This document shows, piece after piece, positions 18,641 to 28,743 of a stretch of DNA of 64,000 bases. Source of the stretch: Phormidesmis sp. (lineage in GTDB: Bacteria; Cyanobacteriota; Cyanobacteriia; Leptolyngbyales; Leptolyngbyaceae); NCBI GenBank assembly GCA_965248535.1, contig CBDFJR010000002.1:224001-288000 (forward strand). The letters run 5' to 3'. Within the stretch, counting starts at the first letter, position 1. Each line of letters starts with the position of its first letter. The notes under the pieces were generated by a model, which was not told the DNA's origin, made no database searches, and worked only from the letters and a program-made list of their open reading frames with translations. The translations under genes were made by a program, and so were the position numbers.

Positions 18641-19797
18641 AAACTCACATTTCTTACACCGAAACTTAGCCTGAGACGGGCGATTCCCTCGCTCAATGTG
18701 TCCGCACCGGCTGCATTTCTGCGAGGTGTAGCGCGGGTCTACAAAGCCCACGGCTACGCCTCTGGCTTCAGCTTTGTAAGTGACGAATGCTTGGAACTGA
18801 GCAAAGCTCCATCCATGCAATCGGCGTTGTTGAGCCTTTCTCATCTTGGCTCTACCGCGAATGTTCGTGAGGTCTTCAAATACCAATGTTGCGCCACTCC
18901 TGACAGAGCGAGCCAAGCGCTTACTCAGCACATGGTCACAGTCTTTTCTGAAACGTCTCTGTCTGCCCGACAACTTTTTCAGATGTCGTTTGGCAGATTT
19001 CGTGCCTTTAGATTGCAGTCTGCGGCGCAACTCAAATGTCCTGTCTTCTATCTCCTTCCAATGGTCAGAGCCGTACTGATTTCCTCGACTATCCACCGCA
19101 GGAGAAACGATGCCCAAATCGACTCCCACAAACTCGTCGGTTGCAATCGTTTCAGGAGTTTCAATCTCCATGACAACGTGCAGCCACCAACGCTCTTTCC
19201 GGTCTTGCAGCAAGTCTGCGCTGGTGTTTTTCCAGGTCAGATATTGACGGTAATATTCAGCCACTTCAAAGGACAGTTTGACCCGTCCCTTGAGGCTGAG
19301 AATCGTCACTTCGCTGCGGTCAAACCAGATGGTGTAAGACCGCGCATCGTAGCGAATGGGGCAGCGCTTAGAGGTTGGGCAATTGACCGTCTTGCCCTTC
19401 TTTTTGAGGGTCTTAGCCGACTTCAAAGCCTCGGTTGCTTTGACTCGTGCAGCACAGACCAGTTGAGCAGGAAGTCCAGTCAAAGCGCGATGGTCGTAGT
19501 ATGTCGCTTTGTGCAGCTCTAAACCGTTTGCCAAGTCGTTTTCCCATCCATGCTTAGACACAGCATTGAACGACCAGGTGTATTGCTCAATCGTTTGAGC
19601 CAGCACCTGAGCCGTTTCGATGTCGGGTTTGAGTTGGATGCGAATCGCTCTTTGCATACAGATATACTACCATCATATATGGATAGAGTTATCTGTTTGA
19701 TGCAGAGATTAAGTGCGAGTCTGCGGGGCATCGAACCCCTTGACCCGCGCACCTATTTCTCCCAACCCATAAGGGGATTGGGTTTCCCGGTGACACT
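18495..19797 (-). mobile_element. Non-autonomous IS200/IS605-family element (tnpB only, IS1341-like), about 1.3 kb
   Basis: Minus strand LE: TTTTCAT|AGTGTCACCGG-GAAA-CCCAATCCCCTTATGGGTTGGG. RE: CAAG-CCCCATCCCCTCGTGGGTGGGG-TAGT-TGAC|. The two hairpins are similar; no tnpA and no target-site duplication. Confidence 0.88.
18533..19657 (-). CDS. tnpB: RNA-guided endonuclease TnpB, apparently intact
   Basis: RuvC-I GVDLG, RuvC-II VFEDL, Zn finger CSRC/CKKC, RuvC-III HADHNAAVNI. Confidence 0.95.
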   Translation of the reverse strand: MQRAIRIQLKPDIETAQVLAQTIEQYTWSFNAVSKHGWENDLANGLELHKATYYDHRALTGLPAQLVCAARVKATEALKSAKTLKKKGKTVNCPTSKRCPIRYDARSYTIWFDRSEVTILSLKGRVKLSFEVAEYYRQYLTWKNTSADLLQDRKERWWLHVVMEIETPETIATDEFVGVDLGIVSPAVDSRGNQYGSDHWKEIEDRTFELRRRLQSKGTKSAKRHLKKLSGRQRRFRKDCDHVLSKRLARSVRSGATLVFEDLTNIRGRAKMRKAQQRRLHGWSFAQFQAFVTYKAEARGVAVGFVDPRYTSQKCSRCGHIERGNRPSQAKFRCKKCEFECHADHNAAVNIRADFLKLRAAVNPPIVVCPEMGT

Positions 19798-19822
19798 ATG
19801 AAAACAATACCATCTATGCAGC

Positions 19823-20512
19823 TTAATCCTCCAGAATTGCACCGCGCTGTTTTAGATCGCGCCGCAGATCTTTAGAAAACTCTGTGTTTTGCCCAAAGCG
19901 AGTTTTCTCAACCTTTGCCCCGATCAGATCGGTGTCGAGAAGAATGGCTCCTCTTAGATCAGCGCTGCTGATGTCTGCCCCATAGAGACTCGCCCCACTC
20001 AGATCGGTGTTGACTAGGTTGGTGCGGCGCAGATCGGCGTGACCAAAGTTTGCCTCGCTCAAATTTGCGCCAAAGAGATTGGCTCCGGTGAGCGTGCTAC
20101 GACGGATATCGGCATAGCTGAGGTTGGCATTCACCAGGTTTGCACCAGTCAGATTTGCGCTCACGATCGTCGCTTTCATCAGATTTGCAGAGGCTAAATC
20201 TGCCCCAATCAACGAGGCTTCACTCAGCGTGGCGTTAATCAAATTTGCGCTGATCAGGTTGGCGCTAATCAGGTTGGCTTGAGTGAAATTGGTGTTGATT
20301 AAATGAGCACCAACCAGGTTGGCACTCACCAGATCAGCCCCTGACATATTTTTAGAGCGCAGGTCGATCGCGCTTAAATTTGCCTGTGAAAAATCTTGAA
20401 GCGGATTTAGCCCCGCGATCAGTGCCAGATCAAAAAAGTCGTCGGTGTCGGCTGCCTCAACGCGATCGATCAGTTCTCGAAGACGCTGGAGAGATTGATC
20501 TTTGGTCATCAT
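19823..20512 (-). CDS. Pentapeptide repeat protein
   Basis: Long run of A(N/D)Lxx pentapeptides. Confidence 0.92.
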   Translation of the reverse strand: MMTKDQSLQRLRELIDRVEAADTDDFFDLALIAGLNPLQDFSQANLSAIDLRSKNMSGADLVSANLVGAHLINTNFTQANLISANLISANLINATLSEASLIGADLASANLMKATIVSANLTGANLVNANLSYADIRRSTLTGANLFGANLSEANFGHADLRRTNLVNTDLSGASLYGADISSADLRGAILLDTDLIGAKVEKTRFGQNTEFSKDLRRDLKQRGAILED

Positions 20513-20684
20513 CTTTTTCCCTAACTGAGACCAGGAGGAACGAGGTGCTGCCTTCAGTTAGGTAAGACTACAGACCACTGCGAATGAATTTCGCAATGGA
20601 CTAAAAGAAAAAGATTGATCGGCTCACGGTGGGTGACTGAGGTTTTGACCCATTCAATTCTGGGGACTAGGGGCTAGCTAACCC

Positions 20685-20873
20685 TCAAGTCGTCTGTGAA
20701 AAATGCCGCGCAATCAGTCTTTCGATGATGGCTCTTTTGTTGTGGCTAAGATTTTTTAAAGTTGATCTGTCTAGGGCAGGCGCTTGATTTAAAGCAAGTT
20801 CGGGCGGGTTAGAGACGAGGTTGCGTTCTGGTGCGGTTAGCCCGTTATCTAGGGGTTGATCTGAGTCAGACAT
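20685..20873 (-). CDS. Possible small hypothetical protein (62 aa)
   Basis: ATG-started ORF in an otherwise empty 570-bp gap, co-oriented with neighbours; no recognisable motif. Confidence 0.35.
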   Translation of the reverse strand: MSDSDQPLDNGLTAPERNLVSNPPELALNQAPALDRSTLKNLSHNKRAIIERLIARHFSQTT

Positions 20874-21082
20874 AGCTATCACAAAGAATGATTTCAATCT
20901 AGCTCGGCGGACTGCGGGTTAGACTCCACAATCGCCATCCAAAAGCGTCGGCCACCGTCGCCTAGTTAATCACCAAAAACCAACCCATGACTCGATCGGG
21001 CGACCGCCTTTCTTCAACGATAACACTCCCGTCTGGTGATGCCGACCCCCACATCAAACCTTCATGCAGGGGGTGCCTGACC

Positions 21083-23797
21083 CTATTTTTCGGTCAATGC
21101 CCAAGCTCCGTCCCATCCATCAGTGGGGGGATTTTTGAGCCAGTGTTGACAGCGCTCCATGTGCAGAGCCGCCGCTTTGTCGTGGCTATCAGTTTCTAAA
21201 ACCATGGCAAACTCGGCCACTGCGGAGGCAAATTTTCGGGCTAAATAGTGCCGTCGGCCTTTTTCATAGTGCTCAATCACTTGCTGTTTTTGGTCAGAAA
21301 CCGTCTCGGATCGCAGCCCCACGAGTTCATAAATGGCAACCGGATTATTTTTGCCTTTGACTTTGATAAAGTCGAGTTCTCGCGTCCAGACGCGATCGGC
21401 GCAGGGGCGATAGGTGCTTTCGCTGATTACAATATCGGTGCCATAGAGTTTGGTGGCTCCTTCTAAGCGAGAACCGAGGTTGACCCCATCCCCGATCGCG
21501 GTGAATTCCATGCGTTTGCTACAGCCGATGTTGCCACTAATGACAGTATCGGAGTTGATGCCGATGCCAATTTTGATGGTTTTCTTGTTTTGTGCCTGAC
21601 GCTTGGCGTTAAAGTCGGCAAGCCGATGACGCATCTCAACAGCAGTTTGCACCGACATCCATTCGTGGTCATCTAAGGGCAACGGTGAGCCAAACACCGC
21701 CATAATCGCGTCGCCGATATATTTATCAAGAATGCCTTTGTGGGCAAACACCGCATCGACCATCGACTCAAAATATTGATTGAGCAGTTCGACGACTTCT
21801 TCAGCCCCCAGCGTTTCAGTGAGGGATGTATAGCTGCGAATGTCAGAAAATAGAACGGACACTTCTTTGCGATCGCCCCCCATCTTGGCAGCATCAGGGT
21901 TTTCTAGCAACTGCTCTGCCAGTTCTTGAGTCATGTAGCGATACATCGTGCTCTTGAGCCGCTTTTCATCGCTGATGTCATCCATAACAACTAGCGCACC
22001 AGAGATTTTTCTGCTGTCGTTGGCATCGGCGATCGTGTTAACCGATAGGTTAATGCTGTGCTGTTCTTCTCCTTGAGCGGGCTGCAAGGTCTGGTCGGGA
22101 TAGTATTGCTGGCGATTTTTGTCATTGAGTGACATCGCAAGCCACTTTGAGAAATCTGCTTTCTCGATGTGCACAAAATCTGCGATTGATCGCCCCTCTA
22201 GCAGATAATTGCTGTCTAAGCCCAAGAGTTTCTTCGCGCTTTCGTTAGCGGCAATGATGTGCCCTTCTTTATCGGTTGAGATCACCCCATTGGAGAGCGA
22301 TCGCAAGATGTCTCGCTGCATCTGCTCTTGCTGTTTGATTGTCTGAAACAGTTTGGCGTTTTGCAGGGCAACCCCTGCCTGAATGTTGAAGGTCGCCATA
22401 AACTCCTGATCGCTGCGATTAAAGCTAGCTTTCCAAAATTCAGGCGCTGCGGGCCAATTGCGGGGATCGTAATCGATCGAGTATCCCTGCTTATTTTTAT
22501 TGACAAGTTGAGTCACCCCAATCAGATCACCATCTGCGTTGCGAATCGGCATACACAGGAGGCTACAAGTTCGATAGCCTGTGGCTTGATCGGTCTGTTT
22601 GGCGGTTTCGGCTCCCTCGTGATCGTAGAGATCATAAGGAATGTTGATCACTTCACCCGTGGCGGCCACTTGACCCGCAAAGCCCACCCCGATCGGAAAG
22701 CGCAACTCTTTTAGGGTGCCGTCTGCCATCATGATCCGAGTCCAGATTTCGGCGTGATCGCGGTCAATCAGCCAGAGGGTGCTGCGATCGGCGTTCATCA
22801 GTTTTTTGGCTTCATCCATCACCCGCTTGAGAGTGTCATCCAAGTCCAAACTGCTTTGACTGAGGGATTGAGTGGCTTTGATCAGGGCGTTGGCGGCTCG
22901 TTGCTTTTGGGTGGCGATGTAGAACGATCGAGAAGACTCTAAAATCAGCCGAATCGAGGGCGCAAATTCTACAAAAAGCTGCTCATCGTGGTGGGTGAAG
23001 CCATGCAGGTCAATTCGCTCGTCTAGGGGGGTTGAGCGATTGCTCTCTGGCTTGATCTTATTGATGAGTTGAATCACAGCTACGAGGTCGTCATCGTCGT
23101 TAAGCAGCGGCAACGTCAGCATCGTGTAGGCTCGATAGCCCGTCTTGTGATATTGAATCTTGGCTTGCGCCGATCGGGGGTCTTCAAAAAAGTCGTAGGG
23201 AATATTAATGCCGCGTTTAAAAGTGGCGGCTTCTCCGGCGATGCCCTGATCGATCGGAAATCGGATTTCTAGAGTGCGTCCTTGACTGCTGTCGGTGACC
23301 GTGGTGTAGAGTTCACTTTTCTCTTCGTCGAGCAGATAGATTGTGGTGCGATCGGCGTTTAGCAACTCTCCAGTTTTGGTCGTGATCGAGTTGAGCATCT
23401 CTTCTAAGATCGTGTCAAACCCTTGTACATCAAGCATTGAGAGAGTCTGATTGACAATTCTCAGTTTTTGCTCAACCTCGTAGACAACTTCTTTAAACTT
23501 GTCTTGGGTTAGGGGCGCAAGAAAGGTCGCAAATTTGCCTTTGGGGGCGGCCAGCGAGTTTTTGGTGGTGATCAGGCTAGAGTCGGCAGGCAAGTGAGGG
23601 GCAATGCCAAAGGCAGATGGCTCTATGACCTCACTGCCCCAAAGCCCATCTCGATCGTGATATTGAGTGACCTCTACTGCCGTGGGACTGGTAGGCGTGT
23701 GATCGTTGATCAAAGGCGCGTGACTGTTGGTAATCGCCGCGTCTTTAGAGACATCATTAGAATTCCGGTTAGGTAGGTGGGGAGATGCAGGAGTCAT
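21083..23797 (-). CDS. Class III adenylate cyclase, GAF-GAF-PAS-CHD-TPR (CyaB1-type)
   Basis: Two GAF domains (LNADRTT...QLINK; MNADRST...QLVNK), PAS, catalytic FSDIRSYT, DKYIGDAIM, GDGVNLGSRLE. Confidence 0.92.
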   Translation of the reverse strand: MTPASPHLPNRNSNDVSKDAAITNSHAPLINDHTPTSPTAVEVTQYHDRDGLWGSEVIEPSAFGIAPHLPADSSLITTKNSLAAPKGKFATFLAPLTQDKFKEVVYEVEQKLRIVNQTLSMLDVQGFDTILEEMLNSITTKTGELLNADRTTIYLLDEEKSELYTTVTDSSQGRTLEIRFPIDQGIAGEAATFKRGINIPYDFFEDPRSAQAKIQYHKTGYRAYTMLTLPLLNDDDDLVAVIQLINKIKPESNRSTPLDERIDLHGFTHHDEQLFVEFAPSIRLILESSRSFYIATQKQRAANALIKATQSLSQSSLDLDDTLKRVMDEAKKLMNADRSTLWLIDRDHAEIWTRIMMADGTLKELRFPIGVGFAGQVAATGEVINIPYDLYDHEGAETAKQTDQATGYRTCSLLCMPIRNADGDLIGVTQLVNKNKQGYSIDYDPRNWPAAPEFWKASFNRSDQEFMATFNIQAGVALQNAKLFQTIKQQEQMQRDILRSLSNGVISTDKEGHIIAANESAKKLLGLDSNYLLEGRSIADFVHIEKADFSKWLAMSLNDKNRQQYYPDQTLQPAQGEEQHSINLSVNTIADANDSRKISGALVVMDDISDEKRLKSTMYRYMTQELAEQLLENPDAAKMGGDRKEVSVLFSDIRSYTSLTETLGAEEVVELLNQYFESMVDAVFAHKGILDKYIGDAIMAVFGSPLPLDDHEWMSVQTAVEMRHRLADFNAKRQAQNKKTIKIGIGINSDTVISGNIGCSKRMEFTAIGDGVNLGSRLEGATKLYGTDIVISESTYRPCADRVWTRELDFIKVKGKNNPVAIYELVGLRSETVSDQKQQVIEHYEKGRRHYLARKFASAVAEFAMVLETDSHDKAAALHMERCQHWLKNPPTDGWDGAWALTEK

Positions 23798-24234
23798 AAC
23801 GATTTTCAGTGAGAAGCTAGAGGAACGCTTTCTGTCTGAACAAAGGCAAAATTATAGAAGATCGATCCGTTGTTTAGGTCATAAGGGGCGTTGAGGTGCG
23901 CTCATCATTCACAAGACACGTTCAATCTAGGATGATTCTGGCACGATGACCAGAGACTAGATGTACCAGTTTCTACCAAGTGAGAAACCCTGTCGCGTCA
24001 CTTGAGCACTTCGAGTTGGGTGATCGGTTGCTGTCAGGGATTGCAGGGGATCGCGACCCTCGATCGCTCTCAGTAGAAAATTTACGATCGGCTCCAGTTG
24101 TGTAACAGTCTAAACCGTCTTGAGTCATGGATTCACTGTTCTCAAGATTCCCCGTCTGAGAATCTTTGTGCCGAACGACCTCAACTTTCTTGGCGACTGC
24201 CATAGAAAATGCCCGTCTCATCGCCCCGATCGCG

Positions 24235-26151
24235 CTACGTTTGCGTTGACTTAGCTGGCTTGAGTTTTTTGGCGGCTTTTGCTCTGGTCGATCGCGGTTT
24301 TCGCCCCGGCTCAGAAGCAGAATGATCGACCTGAACTGATCCATTTTCTCGGAGGCTGGCTGCCTGAGCCAGCAGAGACTCTGCAAAGGCAGAAGCCGCA
24401 TCTTCACTAGAGCCGTTGGTAGAATCGTTGGATTGCCCCCCTGCGAGTTGTGCTAGCTCTTCTCGGCGCTGCTGACGATCGAGAGCGCTGACTCGCACCA
24501 CTGTCCGAATTTCAGGACTATCTACCGCAGACCCATTTTCTTCGGCATTTGCTGCCTTGCGCTTTTTGCCTTTGGCAGCCTGGCCGTTGCCGTTGAAGTC
24601 GATCACCTGCTTATCGACATGGAAATGGTGATCGGCCATCGCCGCCACGATCGGCTGGTGAGTCACACAGAGCACCTGATGATGACGACTGAGGTGATGC
24701 AGCTTTTCGGCGATCGCTTGGGCAACCCGTCCTGACACGCCGACATCGATTTCGTCAAAGACCAGCGTTCCGACCGAATCGATCTGGGAAAAGCAGGCTT
24801 GTAATGCCAGCAGAAAACGGCTCATCTCTCCGCCTGATGCCGTTTCGGTCAACGATTGCAGCGGTTCGCCAGGGTTGGGGCTGAATAAATAGGTGATGCG
24901 ATCGGCTCCTGCTGGAGTCGGTGAGATGGGTGTGATCCCCACTTGAAACTGCACTTTTTCCATCGCTAAGGGTTTTAGTTCGGCTACCAGTCGATTTTCT
25001 AAATCTTTAGCGGCTGTTTGACGCAGGTGCGTTAAGGCGGCACACAGGTCTGTCAACTCAGTTTTGCGATCGTGGGCAGCTTGTTCGAGTTCTTCGAGCG
25101 ATTGTCCGGCTCCGGTGAGGCCTTCTAGTTCAGCCTGGAGCGATTGTTGGAGGGCGATCGCGTCGGCCAAGCTCGGCCCATATTTACGGCAGATCTGCTT
25201 CAGTTCAATCATCCGCTCTTCGACTTCCTGCAAGCGGCGGGGATCGGTTTCTAGACTGTCGCCATAGGCGTTGATCTCTTGCCCAGCTTCTTCAACCTGG
25301 GCCAGGGCTGAGGTAACAAGATCTAACACAGGCTGAATCTGCTCGTCATAGCGCAGCATATCTGTCAGCAGTGACTGAGCCTTGCCCAACAGATCAGAGC
25401 ACGCATCGTCACCGTTCTCATTTTGGTAGAGGGCTTGATAGGCGAGATAGCTCTGCTGCTGCAACTCGACGCTGTGACCGAGGCGTTTTCGCTCTTGATC
25501 TAGCTGATCGAGTTCGTCAGGGTCATTGAGGTTGGCAACGTTGAGTTCTCGGAGTTGATATTCAAACAGGTCAAGCTGTTGCAGCCGCTGTTGCTCTGAG
25601 TGACGACGCTTTTCGAGGGCTTGAGAGGCTTGTTGATAGCTCGATAGTGCCTGACTGACGACCTCGCGCTGTCGCTGAATTGCGGCACCCCCAAAGCTGT
25701 CTAGCCAGTCTCTTTGCAGACTGGGCTGACCGAGTTGCACGGTTTGCCCCTGAGCGGTGATTTCGACGAGGCGATCGCGCAGCGATTCCATCTGCTGTTT
25801 GTTGACCAGCACGCCGTTGACCCGCGATCGATTGCGCTGTCCGCCGCTGCCGTTGGCGACGATTTCCCGCGTGCAGACGAGCAAAGACCCATCTAGGGGA
25901 TCGATCTGCTCCTGTTCGAGCCAGGTTTTCATGGCAGCATCAAGCTCAAAGGTGGCCTCGACCGAGGCCCGCTCTGACCCAGTGCGAACGGCTCGGCTGG
26001 TGACTTTGCCACCCAAAACGGCATCGATCGCATCTAAGATAATGGACTTACCCGCGCCCGTTTCACCCGTCAAGACGTGCAGCCCTGCGCCAAAGTCCAA
26101 TTCTAAACGGTCGATTAAAGCAAAGTTTTCGATTTGCAGAGACAGCAACAT
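24235..26151 (-). CDS. recN: DNA repair protein RecN
   Basis: MLLSLQIENFALI, GETGAGKS, ASGGEMSR, FDEIDVGVSG, VTHQP. Confidence 0.96.
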   Translation of the reverse strand: MLLSLQIENFALIDRLELDFGAGLHVLTGETGAGKSIILDAIDAVLGGKVTSRAVRTGSERASVEATFELDAAMKTWLEQEQIDPLDGSLLVCTREIVANGSGGQRNRSRVNGVLVNKQQMESLRDRLVEITAQGQTVQLGQPSLQRDWLDSFGGAAIQRQREVVSQALSSYQQASQALEKRRHSEQQRLQQLDLFEYQLRELNVANLNDPDELDQLDQERKRLGHSVELQQQSYLAYQALYQNENGDDACSDLLGKAQSLLTDMLRYDEQIQPVLDLVTSALAQVEEAGQEINAYGDSLETDPRRLQEVEERMIELKQICRKYGPSLADAIALQQSLQAELEGLTGAGQSLEELEQAAHDRKTELTDLCAALTHLRQTAAKDLENRLVAELKPLAMEKVQFQVGITPISPTPAGADRITYLFSPNPGEPLQSLTETASGGEMSRFLLALQACFSQIDSVGTLVFDEIDVGVSGRVAQAIAEKLHHLSRHHQVLCVTHQPIVAAMADHHFHVDKQVIDFNGNGQAAKGKKRKAANAEENGSAVDSPEIRTVVRVSALDRQQRREELAQLAGGQSNDSTNGSSEDAASAFAESLLAQAASLRENGSVQVDHSASEPGRKPRSTRAKAAKKLKPAKSTQT

Positions 26152-26592
26152 GGGCAAATTTCAGGCTGGAGAGTTAGACACTGACTGATTGAGAGAGCAG
26201 TCTTACGATCGCCAGGTCAGACACAAAAGAGTGGTCTGTAGACATCTAAACGTGATCAGGGCATCCGTAAAGGTGCCCAACTCAATGTTAACGGTCAGTG
26301 AACTGATGAGGGGTTCTTTTTCGCGGTTGGGATAGTAAATTTGTCTTGTTCTAGTCGGCAAGCTTTCGAGATTAGCGTCTTTCACGCTTTGTGTTGACGA
26401 CACGGGTGCTGTCATTCACCTAGTTTGAGAGACATCAGCCCCGGCTAAGGGGAACTCTCCATCCAAGAGTTCGGAAATCCTGCTCTCTCAACTAGTCAGA
26501 CGTTTCTAAAGAAATGATTAACTGGAAGAGAAGAAGTCTGTGAGCTTGTTGTTACAATACTTCATATACCGTTTCAATCCGGTTTTAATTGC

Positions 26593-28659
26593 ATGAGTGT
26601 CATGAACGTTAAGTCTGCTTCTTCTACGACCACCGCCTCAGGGCACCCGATCGCGGATGCTGATCGAGCAATGGCGGACTTATCCACCGTCATGACTGAG
26701 CATGAATCTGAACGTTTGACCGAAGAAGCCCTCTCTGAGCAGATGGCTCCGAGCATTCACTACGATCCCGATGAGATTGCGGCTCGCTATCGCCAGCAGC
26801 CTTTTAAGGTTTTTGCGAGAACTCTGAGCATCTTTCTGCCCTTTGTCTGGTTTGCCTTGCGTCTGTGGTGGGATCGCGTCACGGGGGGCGGCGATCGGGC
26901 CCAAAAAGGCCAAGCCATTCACCTCCGCGAAATGCTGACTAAGCTAGGGCCTGCCTTCATTAAGATTGGTCAGGCACTATCGACTCGCCCCGATTTGGTG
27001 CCCCCCAACTATTTAGAAGAACTCACCAAGCTGCAAGATCAGTTGCCGCCCTTTCCGAACGAGATTGCATTCCAATTCATTCGAGAAGAACTAGGGGCTG
27101 ACCCTGATCAGATCTATGCAGAACTTAGCCCTCTGCCGATCGCCGCAGCTTCTCTGGGTCAGGTCTATAAGGGCAGACTCAAGACGGGCGAAGAGGTGGC
27201 AGTGAAAGTACAGCGCCCTGGCTTGGCCGAAAGCATCGCCGTTGATATGTATATTCTGCGAAGGATTGCGGCTTGGGCAATGACCAACATTAAGCGGGTG
27301 CGGAGCAATCTGGTAGCGATCGCCGACGAGCTAGCAACCCGCATCTTTGAAGAGACTGACTATAACCAAGAAGGACGCAACGCCGAACGCTTTGCCGCCC
27401 TCTATGGCTATCTCCCCGAAATTTATGTGCCCAAAATCTATTGGAACTACACGGGGCGGCGCGTCTTGACCATGGAGTGGATTGCGGGCACCAAGTTGAC
27501 CCAACTCGATGAGATTCGCGCTCAGGGCATCGATGCAACCCACTTGATTGATGTAGGAGTGCAGTGTTCGCTGCGTCAACTCTTAGAGCATGGATTCTTT
27601 CACGCCGACCCTCACCCTGGCAATCTGCTGGCTATGGCAGATGGCAAACTCGCTTACCTAGACTTTGGCATGATGAGCGAAGTCAAACCCTATCAGCGCT
27701 ATGGGTTGATAGAAGCGATCGTGCACTTGGTCAATCGAGATTTTGATGGCTTGGCCCACGACTATGTGAAGTTAGAGTTTCTAACTCCCGACACGGATCT
27801 GACCCCGATCATTCCGGCTTTTGCCAATGTTTTTAATGATGCGTTGGGAGCAAGTGTTGCCGAGATCAACATCAAGAGCATTACCGATCAACTCTCGTCG
27901 TTGATGTATGAATATCCGTTTACCGTTCCGGCTTATTATGCGCTGATTATCCGATCGCTCGTGACGTTAGAAGGAATCGCGATTCATGTCGATCCAGAAT
28001 TCAAAGTCTTGAGCAAAGCTTATCCCTATGTGGCGAAACGGTTGCTGACCGATCAGTCTCCTCAACTTCGAGAGTCTCTTCGCGATCTGCTGTTCAAAGA
28101 TGGCAGCTTTCGGTGGAACCGTTTAGAAAACCTGTTGCGAAATGCGCGCAGCAATCAAGATTATGACCTTGATCAAGCCCTTGACCAAGCGGTTGATTTC
28201 TTGTTTTCAGAGCGGGGTGACTTCATTCGGGCCAATCTGGTGAATGAAATTATTAAGGGTCTAGACTCTCTCGGTCAGAGCGTTTGGGACACTGCAAACT
28301 ACCGATTTCGCAAACAGGTGGGCTGGAAGGCCGATCCAGTCACGGTCTCTGACAGTCAGAAGACCTTGGAGCACGTCAAGCATATTTGGGATATTTTGCG
28401 AGAAACCCGTGGCTTTGATCAGGGCAAACTGTTAGCGTTGTTGCCTCGGCTGCTGGCAAAACCCGAAACTCAGCAAATGGGTCAGAAGATTGTCGGCGGT
28501 CTGGCGCAAAAATTTGCCGTCCGGCTCTTGCGAGAGTTTTTGTTGAGCAATCAGCGATCGCCTCAGACTCCAGAAAAAGCCGCTTACCCGATTTCGCGCC
28601 CTGCTTTGCCTCCCGTTAGAGCAAACTCGGTCGTGCGAGTCAAAGCGGCTCAAGTGTAG
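26593..28659 (+). CDS. ABC1/UbiB (AarF) atypical kinase
   Basis: LGPAFIKIGQ, AAASLGQVY, VAVKVQRP, FFHADPHPGN, LDFGM. Confidence 0.93.
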   Translation: MSVMNVKSASSTTTASGHPIADADRAMADLSTVMTEHESERLTEEALSEQMAPSIHYDPDEIAARYRQQPFKVFARTLSIFLPFVWFALRLWWDRVTGGGDRAQKGQAIHLREMLTKLGPAFIKIGQALSTRPDLVPPNYLEELTKLQDQLPPFPNEIAFQFIREELGADPDQIYAELSPLPIAAASLGQVYKGRLKTGEEVAVKVQRPGLAESIAVDMYILRRIAAWAMTNIKRVRSNLVAIADELATRIFEETDYNQEGRNAERFAALYGYLPEIYVPKIYWNYTGRRVLTMEWIAGTKLTQLDEIRAQGIDATHLIDVGVQCSLRQLLEHGFFHADPHPGNLLAMADGKLAYLDFGMMSEVKPYQRYGLIEAIVHLVNRDFDGLAHDYVKLEFLTPDTDLTPIIPAFANVFNDALGASVAEINIKSITDQLSSLMYEYPFTVPAYYALIIRSLVTLEGIAIHVDPEFKVLSKAYPYVAKRLLTDQSPQLRESLRDLLFKDGSFRWNRLENLLRNARSNQDYDLDQALDQAVDFLFSERGDFIRANLVNEIIKGLDSLGQSVWDTANYRFRKQVGWKADPVTVSDSQKTLEHVKHIWDILRETRGFDQGKLLALLPRLLAKPETQQMGQKIVGGLAQKFAVRLLREFLLSNQRSPQTPEKAAYPISRPALPPVRANSVVRVKAAQV

Positions 28660-28682
28660 CCAAAACTTCAGGCTCGACTTAT

Positions 28683-28743
28683 TAGAAGCTTCTTAGCCCA
28701 AATTTTAGAAAATTTTGATCTGAATTTGGGTTAGGGAGCTTTT
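28683..28743. terminator. Long imperfect hairpin after the ABC1 gene, interrupted at its foot by the IS
   Basis: TAGAAGCTTCTTAGCCCAAATT...AATTTGGGTTAGGGAGCTTTT pairs with G-U wobbles. Confidence 0.6.

Noticed and set aside
18623..19522. 299-aa + strand ORF
   Set aside because: Entirely antisense to the intact tnpB, with no motifs; treated as a shadow ORF.
19713..19752. tRNA gene
   Set aside because: Only a T-arm-like hairpin; no D arm, anticodon arm or full cloverleaf.
23973..24407. 144-aa minus-strand ORF between recN and the cyclase
   Set aside because: Overlaps the recN 3' end in another frame, has Ser/Arg-rich composition and no motif; probably spurious.
26152..26592. LexA or NtcA box upstream of recN
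   Set aside because: No convincing match to either consensus was seen.
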